Of a stretch of DNA of 64,000 bases, positions 39,701-54,700 are shown piece by piece; within the stretch, counting starts at the first letter, position 1; each line of letters begins with the position of its first letter. The position numbers and the translations under genes were made by a program. The stretch is from the human T2T-CHM13v2.0 reference genome, Homo sapiens. A model generated the notes under the pieces. It saw only the letters and a program-made list of their open reading frames with translations, did no database searches and was not told the DNA's origin. Where the stretch lies: the NCBI RefSeq assembly GCF_009914755.1, contig NC_060938.1; one strand, 5' to 3'.

Positions 39701-42700
39701 TCCAACGAAATCCTGAAATCTATCCAAATATCCCCTCGCAGATTCTACAAAAAGAGTGTTTCAAAACTGCTCTTTAAAAAGAAAGGTTCAACTCTGTTAG
39801 TTGAGTACACACATCACAAACAAGTTTCACAGAATGCTTCTTTCTAGCTTGTAGGGGAAGATATTCCCTTTATCACCATGGGCCTCAAACCGTCCGATAA
39901 GTCCACTTCCATATACTACAAAAAGAGCGTTTCAAACCTGCTCTATGAAAGGCAACGTTCAACTCTGTGACTTGAATGCAGACATCACAGAGCAGTTTCT
40001 GAGAATGCTTCTGTCTAGATTTTATAGGAAGATATTCCCGTTTCCAACGAAATCTTCACAGCTATCCAAATATCCACTTGCAGATTCTACAAAAAGAGTG
40101 TATCAAAACTGCTCTGTCAAAAGGAAGGTTCTTCTCTGTTAGGTGAGTGCATACGTCATAAAGGAGTTTCTGAGAATGTTTCTGTCTAGTGGTTATGGGA
40201 AGATATTTGCTTTTTCCCCGTAGGCCTCAGGGCGCTCCAAATGTCCACTTGCACATGCTACAAAAAGAGTGCTTCAAAGCTGCTCTCTGAAAGGGAATGT
40301 TCAACTCTATGAGTTGAATGCAAACATCACAAAGACGTTTCTGAGAATGCTTCTGTCTAGATTTGATATGAAGATATTCCCGTTTCCAACGAAATCTTCA
40401 AATCTATCCAAATGTCCACTTGCAGATTCAACAAAAAGTGTTTTTCAGAACTGCTCTATCAAAAGAAAGATCCACCTCTGTTAGCTGAGTTCAGACATCA
40501 CAAACAAGTTTATGAGAATGCTTCTGTCTAGTTTTTATTTGAAGATATTTCCTTTCTCACCATAGACCTGAAAGCTGTCCTAATGTTCACTTCCAGTTAC
40601 TACAGAAAGAGTGTTTCAAAACTGCTGTACGAAAGGGAATGTTCAACTCTGTGACTTGAATGCACACATCACAAAGAAGTTTCTGAGGATGCTGCTGTCT
40701 ACTTTTTATACTTAATCCCGTTTCCAACGAAATCCTCCAAGCTATCCAAATATCCACTTGCAGATTCCACAGAAAGACTGTTTCAAAACTGCTCTGTCAA
40801 TAGAAAGGTTCAACTCTGTTAGCTGCGTGCATATATCCCAAAGAAGATTCTGAGATTGCTTCTGTCTAGTTTTTATGGGAAGATATTTCCCTTTTCACCG
40901 TAGGCGTCAAGGCGCTCCAAATGTCCACTTCCAGATACTACAAAAAGAGTGTTTCAAACCTACTCTGTGAAAGGGAATATTCAACTCTGTGACTTGAATG
41001 CACATATCACAAGGAAGTTTCTGAGAATGCTTCTGTCGAGATTTTATATGAAGATATTCCCGTTTCCAACGAAATCCTGAAATCTATCCAAATATCCCCT
41101 CGCAGATTCTACAAAAAGAGTGTTTCAAAACTGCTCTGTAAAAAGAAAGGTTCAACTCTGTTAGTTGACTACACACATCACAAACAAGTTTCACAGAATG
41201 CTTCTTTCTAGCTTGTAGGGGAAGATATTCCCTTTATCACCATGGGCCTCAAACCGTCCGATAAGTCCACTTCCATATACTACAAAAAGAGCGTTTCAAA
41301 CCTGCTCTATGAAAGGCAATGTTCAACTCTGTGACTTGAATGCAGACATCACAGAGCAGTTTCTGAGAATGCTTCTGTCTAGATTTTATAGGAAGATATT
41401 CCCGTTTCCAACGAAATCTTCACAGCTATCCAAATATCCACTTGCAGATTCTACAAAAAGAGTGTATCAAAACTGCTCTGTCAAAAGGAAGGTTCTTTTC
41501 TGTTAGGTGAGTGCATACGTCATAAAGGAGTTTCTGAGAATGTTTCTGTCTAGTGGTTATGGGAAGATATTTGCTTTTTCCCCGTAGGCCTCAGAGCGCT
41601 CCAAATATCCACTTGCACATGCTACAAAAAGAGTGCCTCAAAGCTGCTCTCTGAAACGGAATGTGCAACTCTATGAGTTGAATGCAAACATCGCAAAGAC
41701 GTTTCTGAGAATGCTTCTGTCTAGATTTGATATGAAGATATTCCCGTTTCCAACGAAATCTTCAAATCTATCCAAATGTCCACTTGCAGATTCAACAAAA
41801 AGTGTTTTTCAGAACTGCTCTATCAAAAGAAAGATCCACCTCTGTTAGCTGAGTTCAGACATCACAAACAAGTTTATGAGAATGCTTCTGTCTAGTTTTT
41901 ATTTGAAGATATTTCCTTTCTCACCATAGACCTGAAAGCTTTCCTAATGTTCACTTCCAGTTACTACAGAAAGAGTATTTCAAAACTGCTGTACGAAAGG
42001 GATTGTTCAACTCTGTGACTTGAATGCACACATCACAAAGAAGTTTCTGAGGATGCTGCTGTCTACTTTTTATACTTAATCCCGTTTCCAACGAAATCCT
42101 CCAAGCTATCCAAATATCCACTTGCAGATTCCACAGAAAGACTGTTTCAAAACTGCTCTGTCAATAGAAAGGTTCAACTCTGTTAGCTGCGTGCATATAT
42201 CCCAAAGCAGATTCTGAGATTGCTTCTGTCTAGTTTTTATGGGAAGATATTTCCCTTTTCACCGTAGGCGTCAAGGCGCTCCAAATGTCCACTTCCAGAT
42301 ACTACAAAAAGAGTGTTTCAAACCTACTCTGTGAAAGGGAATATTCAACTCTGTGACTTGAATGCACATATCACAAGGAAGTTTCTGAGAATGCTTCTGT
42401 CGAGATTTTATATGAAGATATTCCCGTTTCCAACGAAATCCTGAAATCTATCCAAATATCCCCTCGCAGATTCCACAAAAAGAGTGTTTCAAAACTGCTC
42501 TTTAAAAAGAAAGGTTCAACTCTGTTAGTTGAGTACACACATCACAAACAAGTTTCACAGAATGCTTCTTTCTAGCTTGTAGGGGAAGATATTCCCTTTA
42601 TCACCATGGGCCTCAAACCGTCCGATAAGTCCACTTCCATATACTACAAAAAGAGCGTTTCAAACCTGCTCTATGAAAGGCAACGTTCAACTCTGTGACT

Positions 42701-45700
42701 TGAATGCAGACATCACAGAGCAGTTTCTGAGAATGCTTCTGTCTAGATTTTATAGGAAGATATTCCCGTTTCCAACGAAATCTTCACAGCTATCCAAATA
42801 TCCACTTGCAGATTCTACAAAAAGAGTGTATCAAAACTGCTCTGTCAAAAGGAAGGTTCTTCTCTGTTAGGTGAGTGCATACGTCATAAAGGAGTTTCTG
42901 AGAATGTTTCTGTCTAGTGGTTATGGGAAGATATTTGCTTTTTCCCCGTAGGCCTCAGGGCGCTCCAAATGTCCACTTGCACATGCTACAAAAAGAGTGC
43001 TTCAAAGCTGCTCTCTGAAAGGGAATGTTCAACTCTATGAGTTGAATGCAAACATCACAAAGACGTTTCTGAGAATGCTTCTGTCTAGATTTGATATGAA
43101 GATATTCCCGTTTCCAACGAAATCTTCAAATCTATCCAAATGTCCACTTGCAGATTCAACAAAAAGTGTTTTTCAGAACTGCTCTATCAAAAGAAAGATC
43201 CACCTCTGTTAGCTGAGTTCAGACATCACAAACAAGTTTATGAGAATGCTTCTGTCTAGTTTTTATTTGAAGATATTTCCTTTCTCACCATAGACCTGAA
43301 AGCTGTCCTAATGTTCACTTCCAGTTACTACAGAGTGTTTCAAAACTGCTGTACGAAAGGGAATGTTCAACTCTGTGACTTGAATGCACACATCACAAAG
43401 AAGTTTCTGAGGATGCTGCTGTCTACTTTTTATACTTAATCCCGTTTCCAACGAAATCCTCCAAGCTATCCAAATATCCACTTGCAGATTCCACAGAAAG
43501 ACTGTTTCAAAACTGCTCTGTCAATAGAAAGGTTCAACTCTGTTAGCTGCGTGCATATATCCCAAAGAAGATTCTGAGATTGCTTCTGTCTAGTTTTTAT
43601 GGGAAGATATTTCCCTTTTCACCGTAGGCGTCAAGGCGCTCCAAATGTCCACTTCCAGATACTACAAAAAGAGTGTTTCAAACCTACTCTGTGAAAGGGA
43701 ATATTCAACTCTGTGACTTGAATGCACATATCACAAGGAAGTTTCTGAGAATGCTTCTGTCGAGATTTTATATGAAGATATTCCCGTTTCCAACGAAATC
43801 CTGAAATCTATCCAAATATCCCCTCGCAGATTCTACAAAAAGAGTGTTTCAAAACTGCTCTGTAAAAAGAAAGGTTCAACTCTGTTAGTTGAGTACACAC
43901 ATCACAAACAAGTTTCACAGAATGCTTCTTTCTAGCTTGTAGGGGAAGATATTCCCTTTATCACCATGGGCCTCAAACCGTCCGATAAGTCCACTTCCAT
44001 ATACTACAAAAAGAGCGTTTCAAACCTGCTCTATGAAAGGCAATGTTCAACTCTGTGACTTGAATGCAGACATCACAGAGCAGTTTCTGAGAATGCTTCT
44101 GTCTAGATTTTATAGGAAGATATTCCCGTTTCCAACGAAATCTTCACAGCTATCCAAATATCCACTTGCAGATTCTACAAAAAGAGTGTATCAAAACTGC
44201 TCTGTCAAAAGGAAGGTTCTTTTCTGTTAGGTGAGTGCATACGTCATAAAGGAGTTTCTGAGAATGTTTCTGTCTAGTGGTTATGGGAAGATATTTGCTT
44301 TTTCACCGTAGGCCTCAGAGCGCTCCAAATATCCACTTGCACATACTACAAAAAGAGTGCCTCAAAGCTGCTCTCTGAAACGGAATGTTCAACTCTATGA
44401 GTTGAATGCAAACATCGCAAAGACGTTTCTGAGAATGCTTCTGTCTAGATTTGATATGAAGATATTCCCGTTTCCAACGAAATCTTCAAATCTATCCAAA
44501 TGTCCACTTGCAGATTCAACAAAAAGTGTTTTTCAGAACTGCTCTATCAAAAGAAAGATCCACCTCTGTTAGCTGAGTTCACACATCACAAACAAGTTTA
44601 TGAGAATGCTTCTGTCTAGTTTTTATTTGAAGATATTTCCTTTCTCACCATAGAGCTGAAAGCTGTCCTAATGTTCACTTCCAGATACTACAGAAAGAGT
44701 GTTTCAAAACTGCTGTACGAAAGGGAATGTTCAACTCTGTGACTTGAATGCACACATCACAAAGAAGTTTCTGAGGATGCTGCTGTCTACTTTTTATACG
44801 TAATCCCGTTTCCAACGAAATCCTCCAAGCTATCCAAATATCCACTTGCAGATTCCACAGAAAGACTGTTTCAAAACTGCTCTGTCAATAGAAAGGTTCA
44901 ACTCTGTTAGCTGCGTGCATATATCCCAAAGAAGATTCTGAGATTGCTTCTGTCTAGTTTTTATGGGAAGATATTTCCCTTTTCACCGTAGGCGTCAAGG
45001 CGCTCCAAATGTCCACTTCCAGATACTACAAAAAGAGTGTTTCAAACCTACTCTGTGAAAGGGAATATTCAACTCTGTGACTTGAATGCACATATCACAA
45101 AGAAGTTTCTGAGAATGCTTCTGTCGAGATTTTATATGAAGATATTCCCGTTTCCAACGAAATGCTGAAATCTATCCAAATATCCCGTCGCAGATTCTAC
45201 AAAAAGAGTGTTTCAAAACTGCTCTGTGAAAAGAAAGGTTCAACTCTGTTAGTTGAGTACACACATCACAAACAAGTTTCACAGAATGCTTCTTTCTAGC
45301 TTGTAGGGGAAGATATTCCCTTTATCACCATGGGCCTCAAACCGTCCGAAAAGTCCACTTCCATATACTACAAAAAGAGCGTTTCAAACCTGCTCTATGA
45401 AAGGCAATGTTCAACTCTGTGACTTGAATGCAGACATCACAGAGCAGTTTCTGAGAATGCTTCTGTCTAGATTTTATAGGAAGATATTCCCGTTTCCAAC
45501 GAAATCTTCACAGCTATCCAAATATCCACTTGCAGATTCTACAAAAAGAGTGTATCAAAACTGCTCTGTCAAAAGGAAGGTTCTTCTCTGTTAGGTGAGT
45601 GCATACGTCATAAAGGAGTTTCTGAGAATGTTTCTGTCTAGTGGTTATGGGAAGATATTTGCTTTTTCCCCGTAGGCCTCAGGGCGCTCCAAATGTCCAC

Positions 45701-48700
45701 TTGCACATGCTACAAAAAGAGTGCTTCAAAGCTGCTCTCTGAAAGGGAATGTTCAACTCTATGAGTTGAATGCAAACATCGCAAAGACGTTTCTGAGAAT
45801 GCTTCTGTCTAGATTTGATATGAAGATATTCCCGTTTCCAACGAAATCTTCAAATCTATCCAAATGTCCACTTGCAGATTCAACAAAAAGTGTTTTTCAG
45901 AACTGCTCTATCAAAAGAAAGATCCACCTCTGTTAGCTGAGTTCAGACATCACAAACAAGTTTATGAGAATGCTTCTGTCTAGTTTTTATTTGAAGATAT
46001 TTCCTTTCTCACCATAGACCTGAAAGCTGTCCTAATGTTCACTTCCAGTTACTACAGAAAGAGTATTTCAAAACTGCTGTACGAAAGGGAATGTTCAACT
46101 CTGTGACTTGAATGCACACATCACAAAGAAGTTTCTGAGGATGCTGCTGTCTACTTTTTATACTTAATCCCGTTTCCAACGAAATCCTCCAAGCTATCCA
46201 AATATCCACTTGCAGATTCCACAGAAAGACTGTTTCAAAACTGCTCTGTCAATAGAAAGGTTCAACTCTGTTAGCTGCGTGCATATATCCCAAAGCAGAT
46301 TCTGAGATTGCTTCTGTCTAGTTTTTATGGGAAGATATTTCCCTTTTCACCGTAGGCGTCAAGGCGCTCCAAATGTCCACTTCCAGATACTACAAAAAGA
46401 GTGTTTCAAACCTACTCTGTGAAAGGGAATATTCAACTCTGTGACTTGAATGCACATATCACAAGGAAGTTTCTGAGAATGCTTCTGTCGAGATTTTATA
46501 TGAAGATATTCCCGTTTCCAACGAAATCCTGAAATCTATCCAAATATCCCCTCGCAGATTCTACAAAAAGAGTGTTTCAAAACTGCTCTTTAAAAAGAAA
46601 GGTTCAACTCTGTTAGTTGAGTACACACATCACAAACAAGTTTCACAGAATGCTTCTTTCTAGCTTGTAGGGGAAGATATTCCCTTTATCACCATGGGCC
46701 TCAAACCGTCCGATAAGTCCACTTCCATATACTACAAAAAGAGCGTTTCAAACCTGCTCTATGAAAGGCAACGTTCAACTCTGTGACTTGAATGCAGACA
46801 TCACAGAGCAGTTTCTGAGAATGCTTCTGTCTAGATTTTATAGGAAGATATTCCCGTTTCCAACGAAATCTTCACAGCTATCCAAATATCCACTTGCAGA
46901 TTCTACAAAAAGAGTGTATCAAAACTGCTCTGTCAAAAGGAAGGTTCTTCTCTGTTAGGTGAGTGCATACGTCATAAAGGAGTTTCTGAGAATGTTTCTG
47001 TCTAGTGGTTATGGGAAGATATTTGCTTTTTCCCCGTAGGCCTCAGGGCGCTCCAAATGTCCACTTGCACATGCTACAAAAAGAGTGCTTCAAAGCTGCT
47101 CTCTGAAAGGGAATGTTCAACTCTATGAGTTGAATGCAAACATCACAAAGACGTTTCTGAGAATGCCTCTGTCTAGATTTGATATGAAGATATTCCCGTT
47201 TCCAACGAAATCTTCAAATCTATCCAAATGTCCACTTGCAGATTCAACAAAAAGTGTTTTTCAGAACTGCTCTATCAAAAGAAAGATCCACCTCTGTTAG
47301 CTGAGTTCAGACATCACAAACAAGTTTATGAGAATGCTTCTGTCTAGTTTTTATTTGAAGATATTTCCTTTCTCACCATAGACCTGAAAGCTGTCCTAAT
47401 GTTCACTTCCAGTTACTACAGAGTGTTTCAAAACTGCTGTACGAAAGGGAATGTTCAACTCTGTGACTTGAATGCACACATCACAAAGAAGTTTCTGAGG
47501 ATGCTGCTGTCTACTTTTTATACTTAATCCCGTTTCCAACGAAATCCTCCAAGCTATCCAAATATCCACTTGCAGATTCCACAGAAAGACTGTTTCAAAA
47601 CTGCTCTGTCAATAGAAAGGTTCAACTCTGTTAGCTGCGTGCATATATCCCAAAGAAGATTCTGAGATTGCTTCTGTCTAGTTTTTATGGGAAGATATTT
47701 CCCTTTTCACCGTAGGCGTCAAGGCGCTCCAAATGTCCACTTCCAGATACTACAAAAAGAGTGTTTCAAACCTACTCTGTGAAAGGGAATATTCAACTCT
47801 GTGACTTGAATGCACATATCACAAGGAAGTTTCTGAGAATGCTTCTGTCGAGATTTTATATGAAGATATTCCCGTTTCCAACGAAATCCTGAAATCTATC
47901 CAAATATCCCCTCGCAGATTCTACAAAAAGAGTGTTTCAAAACTGCTCTGTAAAAAGAAAGGTTCAACTCTGTTAGTTGAGTACACACATCACAAACAAG
48001 TTTCACAGAATGCTTCTTTCTAGCTTGTAGGGGAAGATATTCCCTTTATCACCATGGGCCTCAAACCGTCCGATAAGTCCACTTCCATATACTACAAAAA
48101 GAGCGTTTCAAACCTGCTCTATGAAAGGCAATGTTCAACTCTGTGACTTGAATGCAGACATCACAGAGCAGTTTCTGAGAATGCTTCTGTCTAGATTTTA
48201 TAGGAAGATATTCCCGTTTCCAACGAAATCTTCACAGCTATCCAAATATCCACTTGCAGATTCTACAAAAAGAGTGTATCAAAACTGCTCTGTCAAAAGG
48301 AAGGTTCTTCTCTGTTAGGTGAGTGCATACGTCATAAAGGAGTTTCTGAGAATGTTTCTGTCTAGTGGTTATGGGAAGATATTTGCTTTTTCCCCGTAGG
48401 CCTCAGGGCGCTCCAAATGTCCACTTGCACATGCTACAAAAAGAGTGCTTCAAAGCTGCTCTCTGAAAGGGAATGTTCAACTCTATGAGTTGAATGCAAA
48501 CATCGCAAAGACGTTTCTGAGAATGCTTCTGTCTAGATTTGATATGAAGATATTCCCGTTTCCAACGAAATCTTCAAATCTATCCAAATGTCCACTTGCA
48601 GATTCAACAAAAAGTGTTTTTCAGAACTGCTCTATCAAAAGAAAGATCCACCTCTGTTAGCTGAGTTCAGACATCACAAACAAGTTTATGAGAATGCTTC

Positions 48701-51700
48701 TGTCTAGTTTTTATTTGAAGATATTTCCTTTCTCACCATAGACCTGAAAGCTGTCCTAATGTTCACTTCCAGTTACTACAGAAAGAGTATTTCAAAACTG
48801 CTGTACGAAAGGGAATGTTCAACTCTGTGACTTGAATGCACACATCACAAAGAAGTTTCTGAGGATGCTGCTGTCTACTTTTTATACTTAATCCCGTTTC
48901 CAACGAAATCCTCCAAGCTATCCAAATATCCACTTGCAGATTCCACAGAAAGACTGTTTCAAAACTGCTCTGTCAATAGAAAGGTTCCACTCTGTTAGCT
49001 GCGTGCATATATCCCAAAGCAGATTCTGAGATTGCTTCTGTCTAGTTTTTATGGGAAGATATTTCCCTTTTCACCGTAGGCGTCAAGGCGCTCCAAATGT
49101 CCACTTCCAGATACTACAAAAAGAGTGTTTCAAACCTACTCTGTGAAAGGGAATATTCAACTCTGTGACTTGAATGCACATATCACAAGGAAGTTTCTGA
49201 GAATGCTTCTGTCGAGATTTTATATGAAGATATTCCCGTTTCCAACGAAATCCTGAAATCTATCCAAATATCCCCTCGCAGATTCTACAAAAAGAGTGTT
49301 TCAAAACTGCTCTTTAAAAAGAAAGGTTCAACTCTGTTAGTTGAGTACACACATCACAAACAAGTTTCACAGAATGCTTCTTTCTAGCTTGTAGGGGAAG
49401 ATATTCCCTTTATCACCATGGGCCTCAAACCGTCCGATAAGTCCACTTCCATATACTACAAAAAGAGCGTTTCAAACCTGCTCTATGAAAGGCAACGTTC
49501 AACTCTGTGACTTGAATGCAGACATCACAGAGCAGTTTCTGAGAATGCTTCTGTCTAGATTTTATAGGAAGATATTCCCGTTTCCAACGAAATCTTCACA
49601 GCTATCCAAATATCCACTTGCAGATTCTACAAAAAGAGTGTATCAAAACTGCTCTGTCAAAAGGAAGGTTCTTCTCTGTTAGGTGAGTGCATACGTCATA
49701 AAGGAGTTTCTGAGAATGTTTCTGTCTAGTGGTTATGGGAAGATATTTGCTTTTTCCCCGTAGGCCTCAGAGCGCTCCAAATATCCACTTGCACATACTA
49801 CAAAAAGAGTGCCTCAAAGCTGCTCTCTGAAACGGAATGTTCAACTCTATGAGTTGAATGCAAACATCGCAAAGACGTTTCTGAGAATGCTTCTGTCTAG
49901 ATTTGATATGAAGATATTCCCGTTTCCAACGAAATCTTCAAATCTATCCAAATGTCCACTTGCAGATTCAACAAAAAGTGTTTTTCAGAACTGCTCTATC
50001 AAAAGAAAGATCCACCTCTGTTAGCTGAGTTCACACATCACAAACAAGTTTATGAGAATGCTTCTGTCTAGTTTTTATTTGAAGATATTTCCTTTCTCAC
50101 CATAGAGCTGAAAGCTGTCCTAATGTTCACTTCCAGATACTACAGAAAGAGTGTTTCAAAACTGCTGTACGAAAGGGAATGTTCAACTCTGTGACTTGAA
50201 TGCACACATCACAAAGAAGTTTCTGAGGATGCTGCTGTCTACTTTTTATACGTAATCCCGTTTCCAACGAAATCCTCCAAGCTATCCAAATATCCACTTG
50301 CAGATTCCACAGAAAGACTGTTTCAAAACTGCTCTGTCAATAGAAAGGTTCAACTCTGTTAGCTGCGTGCATATATCCCAAAGAAGATTCTGAGATTGCT
50401 TCTGTCTAGTTTTTATGGGAAGATATTTCCCTTTTCACCGTAGGCGTCAAGGCGCTCCAAATGTCCACTTCCAGATACTACAAAAAGAGTGTTTCAAACC
50501 TACTCTGTGAAAGGGAATATTCAACTCTGTGACTTGAATGCACATATCACAAAGAAGTTTCTGAGAATGCTTCTGTCGAGATTTTATATGAAGATATTCC
50601 CGTTTCCAACGAAATGCTGAAATCTATCCAAATATCCCCTCGCAGATTCTACAAAAAGAGTGTTTCAAAACTGCTCTGTGAAAAGAAAGGTTCAACTCTG
50701 TTAGTTGAGTACACACATCACAAACAAGTTTCACAGAATGCTTCTTTCTAGCTTGTAGGGGAAGATATTCCCTTTATCACCATGGGCCTCAAACCGTCCG
50801 AAAAGTCCACTTCCATATACTACAAAAAGAGCGTTTCAAACCTGCTCTATGAAAGGCAATGTTCAACTCTGTGACTTGAATGCAGACATCACAGAGCAGT
50901 TTCTGAGAATGCTTCTGTCTAGATTTTATAGGAAGATATTCCCGTTTCCAACGAAATCTTCACAGCTATCCAAATATCCACTTGCAGATTCTACAAAAAG
51001 AGTGTATCAAAACTGCTCTGTCAAAAGGAAGGTTCTTCTCTGTTAGGTGAGTGCATACGTCATAAAGGAGTTTCTGAGAATGTTTCTGTCTAGTGGTTAT
51101 GGGAAGATATTTGCTTTTTCCCCGTAGGCCTCAGGGCGCTCCAAATGTCCACTTGCACATGCTACAAAAAGAGTGCTTCAAAGCTGCTCTCTGAAAGGGA
51201 ATGTTCAACTCTATGAGTTGAATGCAAACATCGCAAAGACGTTTCTGAGAATGCTTCTGTCTAGATTTGATATGAAGATATTCCCGTTTCCAACGAAATC
51301 TTCAAATCTATCCAAATGTCCACTTGCAGATTCAACAAAAAGTGTTTTTCAGAACTGCTCTATCAAAAGAAAGATCCACCTCTGTTAGCTGAGTTCAGAC
51401 ATCACAAACAAGTTTATGAGAATGCTTCTGTCTAGTTTTTATTTGAAGATATTTCCTTTCTCACCATAGACCTGAAAGCTGTCCTAATGTTCACTTCCAG
51501 TTACTACAGAAAGAGTATTTCAAAACTGCTGTACGAAAGGGAATGTTCAACTCTGTGACTTGAATGCACACATCACAAAGAAGTTTCTGAGGATGCTGCT
51601 GTCTACTTTTTATACTTAATCCCGTTTCCAACGAAATCCTCCAAGCTATCCAAATATCCACTTGCAGATTCCACAGAAAGACTGTTTCAAAACTGCTCTG

Positions 51701-54700
51701 TCAATAGAAAGGTTCAACTCTGTTAGCTGCGTGCATATATCCCAAAGCAGATTCTGAGATTGCTTCTGTCTAGTTTTTATGGGAAGATATTTCCCTTTTC
51801 ACCGTAGGCGTCAAGGCGCTCCAAATGTCCACTTCCAGATACTACAAAAAGAGTGTTTCAAACCTACTCTGTGAAAGGGAATATTCAACTCTGTGACTTG
51901 AATGCACATATCACAAGGAAGTTTCTGAGAATGCTTCTGTCGAGATTTTATATGAAGATATTCCCGTTTCCAACGAAATCCTGAAATCTATCCAAATATC
52001 CCCTCGCAGATTCTACAAAAAGAGTGTTTCAAAACTGCTCTTTAAAAAGAAAGGTTCAACTCTGTTAGTTGAGTACACACATCACAAACAAGTTTCACAG
52101 AATGCTTCTTTCTAGCTTGTAGGGGAAGATATTCCCTTTATCACCATGGGCCTCAAACCGTCCGATAAGTCCACTTCCATATACTACAAAAAGAGCGTTT
52201 CAAACCTGCTCTATGAAAGGCAACGTTCAACTCTGTGACTTGAATGCAGACATCACAGAGCAGTTTCTGAGAATGCTTCTGTCTAGATTTTATAGGAAGA
52301 TATTCCCGTTTCCAACGAAATCTTCACAGCTATCCAAATATCCACTTGCAGATTCTACAAAAAGAGTGTATCAAAACTGCTCTGTCAAAAGGAAGGTTCT
52401 TCTCTGTTAGGTGAGTGCATACGTCATAAAGGAGTTTCTGAGAATGTTTCTGTCTAGTGGTTATGGGAAGATATTTGCTTTTTCCCCGTAGGCCTCAGGG
52501 CGCTCCAAATGTCCACTTGCACATGCTACAAAAAGAGTGCTTCAAAGCTGCTCTCTGAAAGGGAATGTTCAACTCTATGAGTTGAATGCAAACATCACAA
52601 AGACGTTTCTGAGAATGCTTCTGTCTAGATTTGATATGAAGATATTCCCGTTTCCAACGAAATCTTCAAATCTATCCAAATGTCCACTTGCAGATTCAAC
52701 AAAAAGTGTTTTTCAGAACTGCTCTATCAAAAGAAAGATCCACCTCTGTTAGCTGAGTTCAGACATCACAAACAAGTTTATGAGAATGCTTCTGTCTAGT
52801 TTTTATTTGAAGATATTTCCTTTCTCACCATAGACCTGAAAGCTGTCCTAATGTTCACTTCCAGTTACTACAGAGTGTTTCAAAACTGCTGTACGAAAGG
52901 GAATGTTCAACTCTGTGACTTGAATGCACACATCACAAAGAAGTTTCTGAGGATGCTGCTGTCTACTTTTTATACTTAATCCCGTTTCCAACGAAATCCT
53001 CCAAGCTATCCAAATATCCACTTGCAGATTCCACAGAAAGACTGTTTCAAAACTGCTCTGTCAATAGAAAGGTTCAACTCTGTTAGCTGCGTGCATATAT
53101 CCCAAAGAAGATTCTGAGATTGCTTCTGTCTAGTTTTTATGGGAAGATATTTCCCTTTTCACCGTAGGCGTCAAGGCGCTCCAAATGTCCACTTCCAGAT
53201 ACTACAAAAAGAGTGTTTCAAACCTACTCTGTGAAAGGGAATATTCAACTCTGTGACTTGAATGCACATATCACAAGGAAGTTTCTGAGAATGCTTCTGT
53301 CGAGATTTTATATGAAGATATTCCCGTTTCCAACGAAATCCTGAAATCTATCCAAATATCCCCTCGCAGATTCTACAAAAAGAGTGTTTCAAAACTGCTC
53401 TGTAAAAAGAAAGGTTCAACTCTGTTAGTTGAGTACACACATCACAAACAAGTTTCACAGAATGCTTCTTTCTAGCTTGTAGGGGAAGATATTCCCTTTA
53501 TCACCATGGGCCTCAAACCGTCCGATAAGTCCACTTCCATATACTACAAAAAGAGCGTTTCAAACCTGCTCTATGAAAGGCAATGTTCAACTCTGTGACT
53601 TGAATGCAGACATCACAGAGCAGTTTCTGAGAATGCTTCTGTCTAGATTTTATAGGAAGATATTCCCGTTTCCAACGAAATCTTCACAGCTATCCAAATA
53701 TCCACTTGCAGATTCTACAAAAAGAGTGTATCAAAACTGCTCTGTCAAAAGGAAGGTTCTTCTCTGTTAGGTGAGTGCATACATCATAAAGGAGTTTCTG
53801 AGAATGTTTCTGTCTAGTGGTTATGGGAAGATATTTGCTTTTTCCCCGTAGGCCTCAGGGCGCTCCAAATGTCCACTTGCACATGCTACAAAAAGAGTGC
53901 TTCAAAGCTGCTCTCTGAAAGGGAATGTTCAACTCTATGAGTTGAATGCAAACATCGCAAAGACGTTTCTGAGAATGCTTCTGTCTAGATTTGATATGAA
54001 GATATTCCCGTTTCCAACGAAATCTTCAAATCTATCCAAATGTCCACTTGCAGATTCAACAAAAAGTGTTTTTCAGAACTGCTCTATCAAAAGAAAGATC
54101 CACCTCTGTTAGCTGAGTTCAGACATCACAAACAAGTTTATGAGAATGCTTCTGTCTAGTTTTTATTTGAAGATATTTCCTTTCTCACCATAGACCTGAA
54201 AGCTGTCCTAATGTTCACTTCCAGTTACTACAGAAAGAGTATTTCAAAACTGCTGTACGAAAGGGAATGTTCAACTCTGTGACTTGAATGCACACATCAC
54301 AAAGAAGTTTCTGAGGATGCTGCTGTCTACTTTTTATACTTAATCCCGTTTCCAACGAAATCCTCCAAGCTATCCAAATATCCACTTGCAGATTCCACAG
54401 AAAGACTGTTTCAAAACTGCTCTGTCAATAGAAAGGTTCAACTCTGTTAGCTGCGTGCATATATCCCAAAGCAGATTCTGAGATTGCTTCTGTCTAGTTT
54501 TTATGGGAAGATATTTCCCTTTTCACCGTAGGCGTCAAGGCGCTCCAAATGTCCACTTCCAGATACTACAAAAAGAGTGTTTCAAACCTACTCTGTGAAA
54601 GGGAATATTCAACTCTGTGACTTGAATGCACATATCACAAGGAAGTTTCTGAGAATGCTTCTGTCGAGATTTTATATGAAGATATTCCCGTTTCCAACGA

